Positions 51,237 through 64,000 of a stretch of DNA of 64,000 nt are shown here, in pieces. Made by a program: the position numbers and the translations under genes. Under the pieces are notes generated by a model that saw only the letters and a list, made by a program, of their open reading frames with translations, had not been told where the DNA came from and ran no database searches. Every line of letters starts with the position of its first letter. The first letter of the stretch is position 1. This stretch comes from Octopus bimaculoides (Eukaryota). The stretch lies in the NCBI RefSeq assembly GCF_001194135.2, contig NC_068990.1, forward strand, positions 26,114,564 to 26,178,563, written 5' to 3'.

Positions 51237-51448
51237 ATGTTTGTGTGTCTGTGTTTGTCCCCCAACATCACTTGACAATCGATGGTGGTGTGTTTACATC
51301 CATGTAACATAGCGGTTCAACAAAAGAGACCGATAGAATAAGTACTAAGCTTACAAAGAGTAAGTCCTGGAGTCGATTTGTTCGACTAAAGGTGGTGCTC
51401 CAGCATGGCCACAGTCAAATGACTGAAACAAGTAAAAGAGTAAAAGAG
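51009..51448 (+). mobile_element. Full-length SINE family A
   Basis: ggcgcaggagtggctgtgtggtaagtagc head through an aagtaaaagagtaaaagag tail. Confidence 0.9.
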
Positions 51449-52643
51449 ACTCAATGTGTTCGACTAAAACCCTTCATGTTGTTGCCCCAGCATGGGCTGC
51501 AATCCAATGACTGGAACAAGTAAAAGATAAAAGATAGCTCTGAGCTAAAATATCTGGCACCATTTAATTCCATTCTTTTATTCAGTTGGAGTTCAAATCC
51601 TAGGGGGATTTGCTTTGCCTCCCCTCACCTCTGGGTTAAGTGGAATTAAAATAAGTACTGATAATGGGTTGGTTTAATCGAATGTATGCAGAGCTTCTTT
51701 AAAATAACGAGTTTGTGTGGGCCCCATGCCAACTTCGAATCAATAATATTTCTAAGGTCAAATATATTGATTTATGTATATAAAATGTATTGATTTCAAA
51801 ATGAGATAAAAAGAAAAATATACAAATTCATAAAAATTAAACAAAAAAAAAAGAAAGAAAAGAAAAACAAAAAAATAACAAAACAAAACAAATGAAGTAG
51901 AGAACAAGATTTTTGCTTTAAATTGTTGGAGAAAAGAAGAGTGTTGCTCTTGAATAGTATAGGGTCATCTAAGCAGGAGGCTCTGTATTTTTGTTACTGG
52001 TTCCACTTGGTTGGCTGTGGTCAGTCTGGAGAACTACCAATNNNNNNNNNNNNNNNNNNNNNNNNNNNNNNNNNNNNNNNNNNNNNNNNNNNNNNNNNNN
52101 NNNNNNNNNNNNNNNNNNNNNNNNNNNNNNNNNNNNNNNNNNNNNNNNNNNNNNNNNNNNNNNNNNNNNNNNNNNNNNNNNNNNNNNNNNNNNNNNNNNN
52201 NNNNNNNNNNNNNNNNNNNNNNNNNNNNNNNNNNNNNNNNNNNNNNNNNNNNNNNNNNNNNNNNNNNNNNNNNNNNNNNNNNNNNNNNNNNNNNNNNNNN
52301 NNNNNNNNNNNNNNNNNNNNNNNNNNNNNNNNNNNNNNNNNNNNNNNNNNNNNNNNNNNNNNNNNNNNNNNNNNNNNNNNNNNNNNNNNNNNNNNNNNNN
52401 NNNNNNNNNNNNNNNNNNNNNNNNNNNNNNNNNNNNNNNNNNNNNNNNNNNNNNNNNNNNNNNNNNNNNNNNNNNNNNNNNNNNNNNNNNNNNNNNNNNN
52501 NNNNNNNNNNNNNNNNNNNNNNNNNNNNNNNNNNNNNNNNNNNNNNNNNNNNNNNNNNNNNNNNNNNNNNNNNNNNNNNNNNNNNNNNNNNNNNNNNNNN
52601 NNNNNNNNNNNNNNNNNNNNNNNNNNNNNNNNNNNNNNNNNNN

Positions 52644-52683
<40 letters not shown>

Positions 52684-53028
52684 TATATGTGTGTATATTT
52701 ATCCGTAGTATTTTACTTGTTTTAGTCATTGGACTGCAAACACGCTGGGCCACCACCTTGAAGGTTTGGGTGAAAAAGGGGAAAAAAAAAAACATAAATC
52801 AACCCCAGTACTTACTTATTTAAGTCTGGTATTTATTATATCGGTGTCTTTTACTGAACTGCTAAGTGATATGAATGTAAACAAACCGACACAAATTGTC
52901 AAGCAGTGTGTGAGACACACAAACATATATACAGAGTGCAATGGGTAAATTGTCATCATTTTAAATATTTAATTTTGTGCATGTGCATTGTTTGTTTTTG
53001 ATTTTGTTACCTGCACAATATAGTAGGG

Positions 53029-53735
53029 TCAGTTGGGCACCGTCTGTGAGAAAAAGCAGCACCATGATGCAATTCACTCTGCCAGAAATTTGTAAATGAC
53101 ATACTGTACTGCTTGGCATTCATGCTGGAAGCTCCAATACAAACATTTCAGAGTGTTTGGATGTCAATCTGAGGACAGTACATGTAATGAGAGTGATAGA
53201 AATCAAACGTCCAGTCAACATAATGGTAATTGGAGTGATCATTAGTGATGGCAACATTATGCCTCCATTCATCTTCCTACATGGCCTCACATTCAACATG
53301 AAAGTTTACATCAAGTGCCTGGAGGAGGTAGTGCTTCCCTGCGTCAAGAGGGTGACTGTTGGAAGACCCTATATCTGGCAACAGGACTCTGCACCATACC
53401 ACACAAGCAGGAGAACCCACTCATAGCTGTCAGACAATTTTTGAAACCACATCACCCCTAAAATCTGGCTACCTAACTCCCCACACTGTAACCCACTTGA
53501 TTATTATGTGTGGGGTGCAGTTGAGTGAGAGACCAACAAAACTCCTTCTAACACCAAAGATGAACTGAAGGCAAGGGTTATGGTAGCATTCACCAACTTA
53601 AGCAAGGAGACTGTCCAGAAGAGTTGCAGAAGATTCTGAAGTCATCTGAAGACCATGTTTGAAGCCAGTGGCAATTTTATTGAATAAATTTACTCTTTAG
53701 TATTTCAAGATATTTTTATGTAATTTTGGTAAATA
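53029..53735 (+). pseudogene. Decayed, internally deleted Tc1/mariner transposase, DD37D (maT-like)
   Basis: Single frame through 53687: YIWQQDSAPYH...WLPNSPHCNPLDYYVWGAVE...; 37 residues between the QQD and PLD aspartates; five premature stops. Confidence 0.85.
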
Positions 53736-53746
53736 CNNNNNNNNNN

Positions 53747-53942
53747 ACTTTGGGTAAAAGAAAATACAGGAGGATCAGTTAATTATGGTTTTATTTCAAA
53801 TATTTCCCTGTCAGATTCACACACTTATTGCAGTGATCCTCCTTCAGATTTTCTGAGCCTTTTAAGAAAAGTCGGAAGATTGGGCTTCCAGCCAGGCCTT
53901 TCACAATACCCTTAAAGCCAGGAACCTTTTGGCACCCTCTCG
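53747..53942 (-). mobile_element. mariner-derived MITE
   Basis: Minus-strand remnant NKCVNLTGKYLK* like a mariner C-terminus; one TIR-like end aaagccaggaaccttttggcaccctctcg (53914-42); the other end is lost at the gap. Confidence 0.55.
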
Positions 53943-55303
53943 GATGTGATGGGCTTCCATACAGTTTCCATCAATCAAATCAATTCATAAGGCATTGGTT
54001 GGTCCAGGGCTATAGTAGAAGAAATTTATCCAAATTAGATACGTTGCATAATTGAATTTCAAAATCAGCATGAAAAGTTGGAAGCATTACAGTTTGAGCT
54101 CCTTCTATCACAAATCAGCAATAACAAAGTTGGTCTGGGTTTTAAACAAACAACAACAATATTGTACGGAGATGGAATTTCATTAGAAATTACAAAAAAT
54201 GCACACGCACATATACTAAAAAAAAAAAAGAACTTGAAGGGATGGGAAGAATAAACCCAAAGCAAATAAGACATGCAAGGATTTGACCAGGTTCTTTGTC
54301 AAGAATATGGTACAAATGAATCTAAAGCAGTCGGCTCTTAACCTTTTATTTTTGATCCCATACCCCACCTCAGTTTTCAAAATAAAGGTAAAAAAGGTAC
54401 ACTCAACAGATGAAGTATGTATGTGTATATACNNNNNNNNNNNNNNNNNNNNNNNNNNNNNNNNNNNNNNNNNNNNNNNNNNNNNNNNNNNNNNNNNNNN
54501 NNNNNNNNNNNNNNNNNNNNNNNNNNNNNNNNNNNNNNNNNNNNNNNNNNNNNNNNNNNNNNNNNNNNNNNNNNNNNNNNNNNNNNNNNNNNNNNNNNNN
54601 NNNNNNNNNNNNNNNNNNNNNNNNNNNNNNNNNNNNNNNNNNNNNNNNNNNNNNNNNNNNNNNNNNNNNNNNNNNNNNNNNNNNNNNNNNNNNNNNNNNN
54701 NNNNNNNNNNNNNNNNNNNNNNNNNNNNNNNNNNNNNNNNNNNNNNNNNNNNNNNNNNNNNNNNNNNNNNNNNNNNNNNNNNNNNNNNNNNNNNNNNNNN
54801 NNNNNNNNNNNNNNNNNNNNNNNNNNNNNNNNNNNNNNNNNNNNNNNNNNNNNNNNNNNNNNNNNNNNNNNNNNNNNNNNNNNNNNNNNNNNNNNNNNNN
54901 NNNNNNNNNNNNNNNNNNNNNNNNNNNNNNNNNNNNNNNNNTATAATGGATAATAAAACAAATGGTTTACACCTGGTAGCTTACTGGTAAAGCACAGTCA
55001 CTTTCACAGTGATCGTTATGTATCGATGTTAAATGTGTCGAAACAATTGTCTTGATTAATAATAAATTCTTGTATATTCCGTCTTCCGTCTTTCATTTGC
55101 CATACACACACACACACACACACACACATACATATATATATGTGTCATGATTGATCGCTAAGGGACACAATATTTCGTTTTGTGACATTAATATACTACC
55201 AAATATATTTAAGGTTTGTAAGTCAATAAATACTGTGTCACACAATGTTTTGTATACAAATACATCTATGTAAACAACGTGATTGAAGAGAGAAAAATTG
55301 ATA

Positions 55304-55355
55304 ATGTGTGTATATACATATTTCAAGAGCTATTGCCCATTCATCAGCACCACAT
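55304..55355 (-). ncRNA. Second minimal hammerhead-like motif
   Basis: AUGUGGUG-CUGAUGA-AUGGGCAAUAGCUCUU-GAAA-UAUGUAUAU-A-CACACAU: complete core, stem II with one U.U mismatch, quasi-palindromic stem III, bulged stem I; low-complexity arms raise the chance-match risk. Confidence 0.4.
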
Positions 55356-55946
55356 CCAACCCATTAACCATCCACAAACGCATTGCTTTATTAGCCACTA
55401 AATTTAGTATTTTGACACCAAACTTTATTACATGTTTTATGTAATGTTTTATTCACTTGTTACTAGTTTTAGTAGAAGAAAAACCCAAGATTAAACAGAT
55501 CCACATTGCAGGTTCTTTCTGTAGTCTTCATAGCCAAGCAATATTCACCACAGTTCAGGAAAATATCACCTGAAGTTTCTGGGTTCAACCCCTACTAAAG
55601 GCACCATTTCAAAAACAGCAGGAGAACACCTAAGAACCATGACTTAGGTGAGCCCAGCACTCTTAGAGTGTCAAGAACGATCAAGCGATAATACTTAGAT
55701 GGCAGGAATCCTTCCTCCAAAGAGGTTTCTCTGTTGTTCACTCGCTCTGTTGTGAGCTTCCATTTACTACTGTCTTGTTCTCAAGTAAATCAAGTCCACA
55801 ACAAAGCAGTCATCCCCACATTGGTGGAGCTTATACTCCACTTTCGTAGGCACAGAATTAAAGGAAGAATTGTCTATGACACAGCGTTGGTAAGTATTTC
55901 TACCAAAGAATTTAATTGAGTGAAAAAAACAAAGTTGTCAACTTAC

Positions 55947-56089
55947 CTTTTGGTGTAGACTATAAGTTGATATCAGATTGTAGTTTTATTAATCCTTTTT
56001 GCTTAAAAGTTTTTATTATTTGTCTGCAAATTTAAATAATCCTTAGCTTTTTGTTATCTTTGTGTTTTTCTGGTTTGATTGCAAATGAT
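55947..56089 (-). other. Candidate non-coding exon (143 nt)
   Basis: Strong acceptor ttttttttcttttccttaacag and donor AAG|GTAAGT; stops in all three frames. Confidence 0.3.
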
Positions 56090-57126
56090 CTGTTAAGGAA
56101 AAGAAAAAAAACCCAGAATAGAGTAATGAGATATAAGTTAAATGAGATTCGAAAAGCATGACGTTAGATAAAGTATATAAACATACAACAGAGAAAAGAG
56201 ACAAAGATATTGGAAGATATGAAAATTCTGATATCTTTTAGGAAGAGAGATAGGAAAAAAATCTGATTATGTTGGAGGACAAAAATGGTTTTGTTCTTTA
56301 AATGATATATGAAAAGATATGAAAAATATGATATCAATTATTGTTGATATGATATATCTATGATATCGTCTGGAGAAAATTTGAAAGATATGATATTTTT
56401 AATAGTATGTAATGTAATGAATTTTAGTCTTGTCTAAAGTTTGAGAAAGTTTTAACTGGTCAAGGTAGCAGAGTGCAGATTTGTTAGCAGAATGGCCAGA
56501 GAGTTGGACACTACATTGTTGATTTATTTTTAGTTTTTTGTCTTTTAGTTGTGAGGCTGCATAGCCTAGTGGGTATAGTAGAAGACACCCAAGGCATCAC
56601 ACAGTGGGACTGAACCTGGAACCATGTGGTTGTGAAGCAAACTTCTTACCACACAGCCACACCTACACCTATATGTAGTTAATAATGTGTTATAATATGG
56701 ATCCTCATCCACTTGTATGTTGTTGTCAGCACTGTAATTTTCTCATCACCACCATTATGTTGTGGTTGTATTCCGCATTTTATTATCTTTACCTCGTCTG
56801 TCATGCTATCATTGAAAGCTTTACAACACAATAACTTTGTGACGTCTACCTTGACAGTAACTTGAACTCGTATATATCACATAACTGACACTGACTCCTA
56901 TTGACCCCTTACAATGACTGACTGTTTGGCTTTATAGTGGCTGGTTCATACCACTTTGTCATGTGGGAAGGAGTGTATCATTTTTACTACATGATGTGTA
57001 CCCCTTTCACTACCAACCAGCCCATGACTGCCCCCTCATTCTACGATACAAACTTCCTGTTTTAAAGTGATTTAAATTAATTTCTTCCATTAAACTTTCA
57101 CATTAATTTATGTTACAAATTCCAGA

Positions 57127-57346
57127 TTAACTATTTAGCATTTAGATTACTATGTCAAATGTGATGCATGTTTATTCGTGTTGTTTTGAATTAATCAAGC
57201 ATTATTTTGTGGCTTTGAGATTTCGATGCTGTGATTATTTTTAGAATGACATTATGTAGTAGGTGTGAGAGGCTGGATCTGGCCTGTTTGAATATAAAAC
57301 AGAGTATTTGGGTTGGATGTGGTCAGTGTAAATGTTAAAGGGTTAA
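57127..57346. mobile_element. TTAA-flanked piggyBac-like MITE
   Basis: ttaactatttagcatt ... aatgttaaagggttaa imperfect TIRs with TTAA at both ends. Confidence 0.6.
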
Positions 57347-58275
57347 TTATTATAGCAAAGATATTTGGCTAAATCTTTCATAATGTTTGAAATTAATTGG
57401 AAGAAAAACAAAGCAAACACAGACATAGAAACACATACATACACACACACATACAGAGTTACACTCACTCACACACATACACACACACGTTTACACACAC
57501 ACACTTACACTCACAAACTCTCACATATACATCACACACAAACACACATGTACTCTCATGGATATGCAAACACACACTAACTCATAGACATACAAATACA
57601 CACACCCAATACACACACACAGCACACACACACACACACACACACACATACATACACAGATGTACATCTGGNNNNNNNNNNACACACAGCACACACACAC
57701 ACACACACACACATACATACACAGATGTACATCTGGCAGAACCTATCAGTTACGAAGTAAACTCGTTAGCCATTTGGTTGCGCAGTGCCTACTGGTTATT
57801 CTCTCAAGACCCAACCTTAAAACACAACCCCAGGATTCCTGTGGTGACATTAGTTACCAAAACACAATGTTCCTGCATGTGTATTTAGTTTAAATTGTTG
57901 ACTGAAACCTTCCCATTTAAAGGAATTTGAGTCCTTAATGAACAAAACACCATGTGTTAATGAAACACAGTGTAGTGAATATTATTACAATCAGGTTTTG
58001 TATTCATATGACATGGTGTCATACATATAAATAGGGAGGCATATTTAGAAGAGAGAGAGAGAGAGAGAGAGATGTTGGCTGGTGATATATATATGTGTAG
58101 GGGTAGACATGGCTGTGTGGTTAAGAAGTTTGCTTCCCAACAAAAATTGTTTCAAGTTCAGTTCCACTCCATGGCACCTTGGGCAAGTGTCTTCTATTAT
58201 AGCCCAAGGCTGACCAAAGCTTTGTTAGTGGATCTGGTAGATCGAAACTGTGCGGAAGCCTCTTGTGTATGTATG

Positions 58276-58318
<43 letters not shown>

Positions 58319-58508
58319 CTGAAGGATTAAAATGAAATTTTAATCTTTCAGCTATTTAATGCTGTTGGTGGGGGGCTGCAATCGCCTATATTATTAATCC
58401 TGTTATTATCATTTTTAATTGTTACACTTGATAATAATAGAGTCAATAATAGCTTCACAAATATTTTCTCCTGAATTATTTGCTCCATATTGTGTATATA
58501 TACATACA

Positions 58509-58638
58509 CATCCAGGTGTAGAAACCAAGCCAAAACAGACTGTGGAACCTGGTGTGGCTCTCCAGCCTTGCCAGCACCTGTCAAACCGTCCAACCCATGC
58601 CAGCAAGGAAAGCAGACGTTAAATGATGATGATGATGA
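58509..58638 (+). mobile_element. RTE 3' tail
   Basis: gtcaaaccgtccaacccatgccagcaaggaaagcagacgttaaatgatgatgat. Confidence 0.8.
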
Positions 58639-58721
58639 GATAAAGTATGAGAGAAGGGTTCAGAGAACAGGTTTCTTGCCAAGGCAGGGCTACATGAACC
58701 CTGAAATTTTAGAAGAGAGGA

Positions 58722-59036
58722 TGTGAAGGCACATGGCTGAAAGGTTAAAGCTTTTAGCTCACAGTCGTAAGGTTATAAGTTCGATTCCTGATGGTGCATT
58801 GTGTCCTTGAGCAAGATGCTTTAATTCACATCGCTGCTGTCCATTCAGCTGGCAAAAGTGAATAGTATCTGTATCTGAAAGGGCCAACCTTGTCACATTC
58901 TGAATCTCCCTGAGAGCTGTGTTATGCGTAAGCATGTCTGAGGAGTACTCAGCCACTTGCATGTTGTTTTAATGAACAGGATGTTTCATTGATTGGATTA
59001 AATGGAAGCCCTGTCATTATAACTGATGAAGTGCCA
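58722..59036 (+). mobile_element. Uninterrupted SINE family D
   Basis: tggctgaaaggtt A-box-like, gttcgattcc B box, gtgtccttgagcaag core, tail ending gtgcca. Confidence 0.8.
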
Positions 59037-59455
59037 GTAAAAAGAGAGGGTGAGAGGTGTGATCAAGGTAGAGCTGGGAAAGAGATAAAATAGGGGTAAC
59101 GATGGGTCTGTGTGGACCCTCAAAGCATGAGGTGATTAGAAAGGAACGGGGAAGAAGAACTGGGAGTGCGGGCAGATGGGTTGTTGCATGTGATTTGTGG
59201 GAGATTTGACTATTATTTCTAGCTGGTCAAGTGAAACCAAATATAGACTCATCTGTTAAATCAAAGTGATGCAGATTTTTATTTGGAAGCAGAAGCAGAA
59301 GCAGAAGAATCTGTTGAATCTGCAAAGATCGGTGGATTCATCGATGGAAATATCTGATTGATCTGATTGAGTAACAAAGAAGCACGTTTATGATTCATGC
59401 TTCATCTTTGTTAATCAATAAATATTATTGCATCTTAACAAATAAAAGTTTGTTC

Positions 59456-59494
<39 letters not shown>

Positions 59495-59517
59495 GTATAT
59501 ACATACACACACACGTA

Positions 59518-59548
<31 letters not shown>

Positions 59549-60672
59549 TCTGGCGGCACTGGCAATATCCACGCTCGATTNNNNNNNNNNNNNNNNNNNN
59601 NNNNNNNNNNNNNNNNNNNNNNNNNNNNNNNNNNNNNNNNNNNNNNNNNNNNNNNNNNNNNNNNNNNNNNNNNNNNNNNNNNNNNNNNNNNNNNNNNNNN
59701 NNNNNNNNNNNNNNNNNNNNNNNNNNNNNNNNNNNNNNNNNNNNNNNNNNNNNTGTGTGTGTGTGTGTGTGTGTGTGTGTTTGTATATAGTTGGAATTTG
59801 AAGAAAAACACAAAGACAAAGACAGGTGTATAAACAACAAACAGGTGTATTAGTTTAATGCTTGGGAAGTTGAGAAAGTCTTTTATGTTTCGAGCTTATG
59901 CTCTTCAACAGAAAAGAACACGAGGAATTAAACAGAGAGAGAATAAAAAATGCTTTTGGGGCTAGCGGTCAATCGTGGCAGTTGGCTGGAGGCTGTATGG
60001 AAAGAAGTTTGCTTCCCAGCCACATGGTTCAAGGTTCAGTCTCACTGCGTGACACCGATTACAGCCTTGGGCCTTATGAGTGGATTTGGTAGAAGGAAAC
60101 TGAAAGAAGCACATTGTATATACATGTGTGTGTGAGTGTGTTCAAAGACGTGCAAAACAAGAGACACTTTACTTACAAAACAGGTAAAGGTTAGCAACAG
60201 GAAGAGCATCCAACTGCCAAACAATACCTTAATGATACACTCATCTAATTCATACTGGCATGGAAAAGCAGGTGTAAATCAGTGGACTGAATGTAGCTCA
60301 CTATTTTAGCTACTTCCTTCAATGTTCTGGGTTTGTATTATGTCTGGGTCACTTTTGACCGTCTATGAGGACCAGTAAGATATGAACCCCTAAATAATGC
60401 AGAATGGTTGAATCAGTTGTCAATGTCAGAGCTCATTTTGCAAGATTTACCTTAAATTTTTGGCAATGGTAAACAATATTTGAGAGAAATATAATTTTGC
60501 TAAAAATTGAAAAATATGTAAGGAAAACCATTCCATGGAAAAGGAAAAAAAAATTGATAATAAAAATTTGGTTTGCTTTTGTAAAAGAAAAAATAAAACC
60601 AGTTTGCTTCAGTGAAAATAATGAAGCATAAGGAGAGAAATGAAGCGAAAGAACCATTTTGAAACAACAACA

Positions 60673-60709
<37 letters not shown>

Positions 60710-60778
60710 ATAATAATAATAATAATAANNNNNNNNNNCGCCAACCACTCAGAGAGTGATAATAATAATAATGATAAT

Positions 60779-61149
60779 AACAAGAGCACTCAGAGAACGC
60801 AAAACCTCTGCCAAAGCAACACCAATGTCCTCTCAATGTTTAGCCGGAGATGATTTTTAAAATGAGAATATCTGAAATAAACTCAACTGCTCTCACAAAT
60901 GAGAATACTAAAAATGAACCAGACTGCTTTCAAAAATTAAGTAAAAAAAAAAATGGAAAAATAATCCAGAATCCTTGTCCGGTACTGGATCGATCCCAAA
61001 ATCTAGTCAGTTTATGCCAGTCACGAGGCTAAACATCCTTGAATGTTTCATCTGAATCCATACAGCCGTTCTTGAAATATCTTGTCCATGGACAAACAAA
61101 CTAACAAATGCGACTGAAAACAATATCCCTGCCTTCGCTAAGGCAGAGG

Positions 61150-61153
<4 letters not shown>
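60779..61153 (-). mobile_element. Helentron/DINE-1-like non-autonomous rolling-circle element
   Basis: Subterminal IR acctctgcc (60804-12)/ggcagaggt (61142-50), terminal hairpin ctgcctt-cgct-aaggcag (61129-46), (caaa)n microsatellite next to it, inserted in (TAA)n. Confidence 0.7.
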
Positions 61154-61209
<56 letters not shown>

Positions 61210-61219
61210 TAACAATAAC

Positions 61220-61291
<72 letters not shown>

Positions 61292-61317
61292 GATAATAAT
61301 AATAATAATAATAATAA

Positions 61318-61513
61318 GACCTACCAAAAACTGAGCAAGTATAAAGATCTTGAAATAGAAATTAGCAAAATGTGGAACCTGAAGACTAAAATATAACCTG
61401 TTGCCATAGGTGCCCTAGAAATGATAGCAAAAAGGGCTGATTGCTACCTAGCTCAGATACCAGAAAACCCCAAAATGGAAGAAATTCAAAAGATAGTGCT
61501 CATGGGAACTGCT
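61318..61513 (+). mobile_element. Diverged R4/Dong-type RLE fragment (second subfamily), truncated by a SINE A (61515-61857)
   Basis: KKLSKYKDLEIEISKMWNLKTKI*PVAIGALEMIAKRADCYLAQIPENPKMEEIQKIVLMGTA; preceded by (TAA)n. Confidence 0.8.
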
Positions 61514-62178
61514 ACTGTGTGGCACCTTGGGCAAGTGTCTTCCAATATAGCCTAGGGCTGACCAAAGCCTTGTGAGTGGATTTGGTAGGTGGAAACTGAC
61601 AGAAGCCTGTTGTGTATATGTATGTGTGTGTGTGCATGTGTGTGTGCATGTGTGTGTGCATGTGTGTGTGCATGTGTGTGTCTGTCTGTCTGTCCCCCCA
61701 CGATCACATGACGACTGATGCTGGGGATCAGCAAAAGAGACCGATACAATAAGTACTAGGTTTACAAAGATTAAGTCCTGGGGTTGATTTGTTCGAATAA
61801 AGGCAATGCTCCAGCATGGCCGCAATCAAATGACTGAAACAAGTAAAAGAATGAAAGAATTATAATAGTAACTGTGCTATATTTCTTTCCCTTAGTTAAG
61901 TAAAACCTAGCTCTGTTAATTAAATCCGCCCCCCCACCCCCCACCCCAGTAACCCCAATGGAGATAGGAACTGTTTTGAATCAATAACAGATTCTCGCTA
62001 ATTGTGTCTCAGATGAATGTTTTCAATTAACTGGAATCCCTCCGGACATTCCAGGAATGGGGAGTTGTTGTGAGACATCGATTGTTCCTTCCAAAGAAAT
62101 CTCTGTAGATTGTAATGTCAGATATATAGCGTTACCGTTATTAGTCTGGTGAACCGTTTAGGGTTTTTAGAATTTATA

Positions 62179-62209
<31 letters not shown>

Positions 62210-62469
62210 AATATAGAAATTATGGTTCTTGCATTTATGTCAAGGGAGTAATGATGTCTACAACAGGATTGGTTTTTTGCGGGGTGGTCGTGGGGATGGT
62301 GAGTTTTTGTGCTAGGTCTCAGAATAATGGCACACAGCACAGATTTCAACATGAATCTCTCTCAATACAATAAACATTTATACAACATAACTGGCTTCAG
62401 TAATTTCAAAAACAGACCTATAACAACCAATAATAATAATAATAATAATGATAAAAATAATAATAGTAA

Positions 62470-63092
<623 letters not shown>

Positions 63093-63609
63093 GGATCTTT
63101 AGGAATGATAAAAAAAGTAATTATTTTTAATTCAATCTCAGTAAATCTCAGACATCTTCTAATAACGGTGGGGTGTGATTCAACCCTTTTCACACCAATC
63201 CATCTGTGACCATCTGTTTTAAAGTGATCCAAATCAAAACCTTCCATCAAAATTCCAAACACTAGTGTAATAATAACAATTTTGCATTATTTTCGAATTA
63301 ATTGAAACAAAGGCAGATTATTTCAATGGAATTACAACAACAAGAATGGCTAATTTACAAGCGGCACCGGGTATTTAGAACTTCCTCTTGCCAGTCTTGC
63401 AGGGTTCTGAAATAGATCTTCAACATTGCACTTTTTCTTTTAACTAAGTCACGCCTAGAAAAAAGAAAAGATAGAAGATGTCTGAGTGACTGAAAGATGA
63501 GTTAGACTCTTACTTCAAGTGAATACTTCAGTTTCCTACTGAAATGTTTGTCAACCTGTAAAAAGGAAGAAAAGAAAATTAGCTCCCTATTAGTATGGTG
63601 AGGTATGTT

Positions 63610-63840
63610 CCATTTGGTCTAATCAATGGAACTGCCTGCTTGTGAGATTAGTGTGCAAGTGGCTGAGCACTCCACAGACATGCATATCTTTAACACAGTT
63701 CTCAGGAAGATTCAGCATGACACAGAATGGGACAAGGCTGGCCCCTTTTGAATTACAGGTACAACTCATTTTTGCCAGCTGAGTGGAGTGGAACAACCTG
63801 AAATAGAGTGTCTTGCTCAAGGACACAATGTGCCACCATA
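63610..63840 (-). mobile_element. SINE family D (minus, partial)
   Basis: caagtggctgagcactccacagacatg...gacaaggctggcccctttgaattacaggtacaactcatttttgccagctgagtgg...gtgtcttgctcaaggacacaatg. Confidence 0.8.
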
Positions 63841-64000
63841 AAATAAGGGACATTCTTTTGTGACCCCTTTTTTCATTTATGTTTATAAGTTTGTGTAATA
63901 GCACATGTATGTATGCCTCTGTGTGTGTGTGTGTGTGTGTGTGAGGGGAAAAGTGGGCCACCATGATATCACATTAATCAAAACAAAAACCACACTCCCC

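Overview
AT-rich, repeat-saturated animal genomic DNA from a gapped draft assembly, with many N-runs and duplicated gap flanks. The repeat repertoire most resembles an octopod cephalopod; this is an inference from pattern recall, not verified. No intact protein-coding gene is visible, and nearly all ORFs in the supplied track are microsatellite or N-run artefacts. Supported content: several tRNA-headed SINE families (dozens of copies, stacked and nested); 5'-truncated R4/Dong-type LINE ends sitting in (TAA)n; RTE LINE 3' ends with (GAT)n tails; a decayed DD37D (maT) Tc1/mariner; mariner, hAT and piggyBac-like MITEs; a Helentron/DINE-1-like element; and large microsatellite fields. The most notable item is a minimal type I hammerhead ribozyme motif (39391-39435, minus strand) in the loop of a ~127-bp-arm fold-back whose inner edge coincides with the predicted cleavage triplet. 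A second, related hammerhead-like motif lies at 55304-55355. A few splice-site-bounded exon candidates are listed at low confidence. Repeat boundaries are read by eye, about +/-10 nt unless stated.
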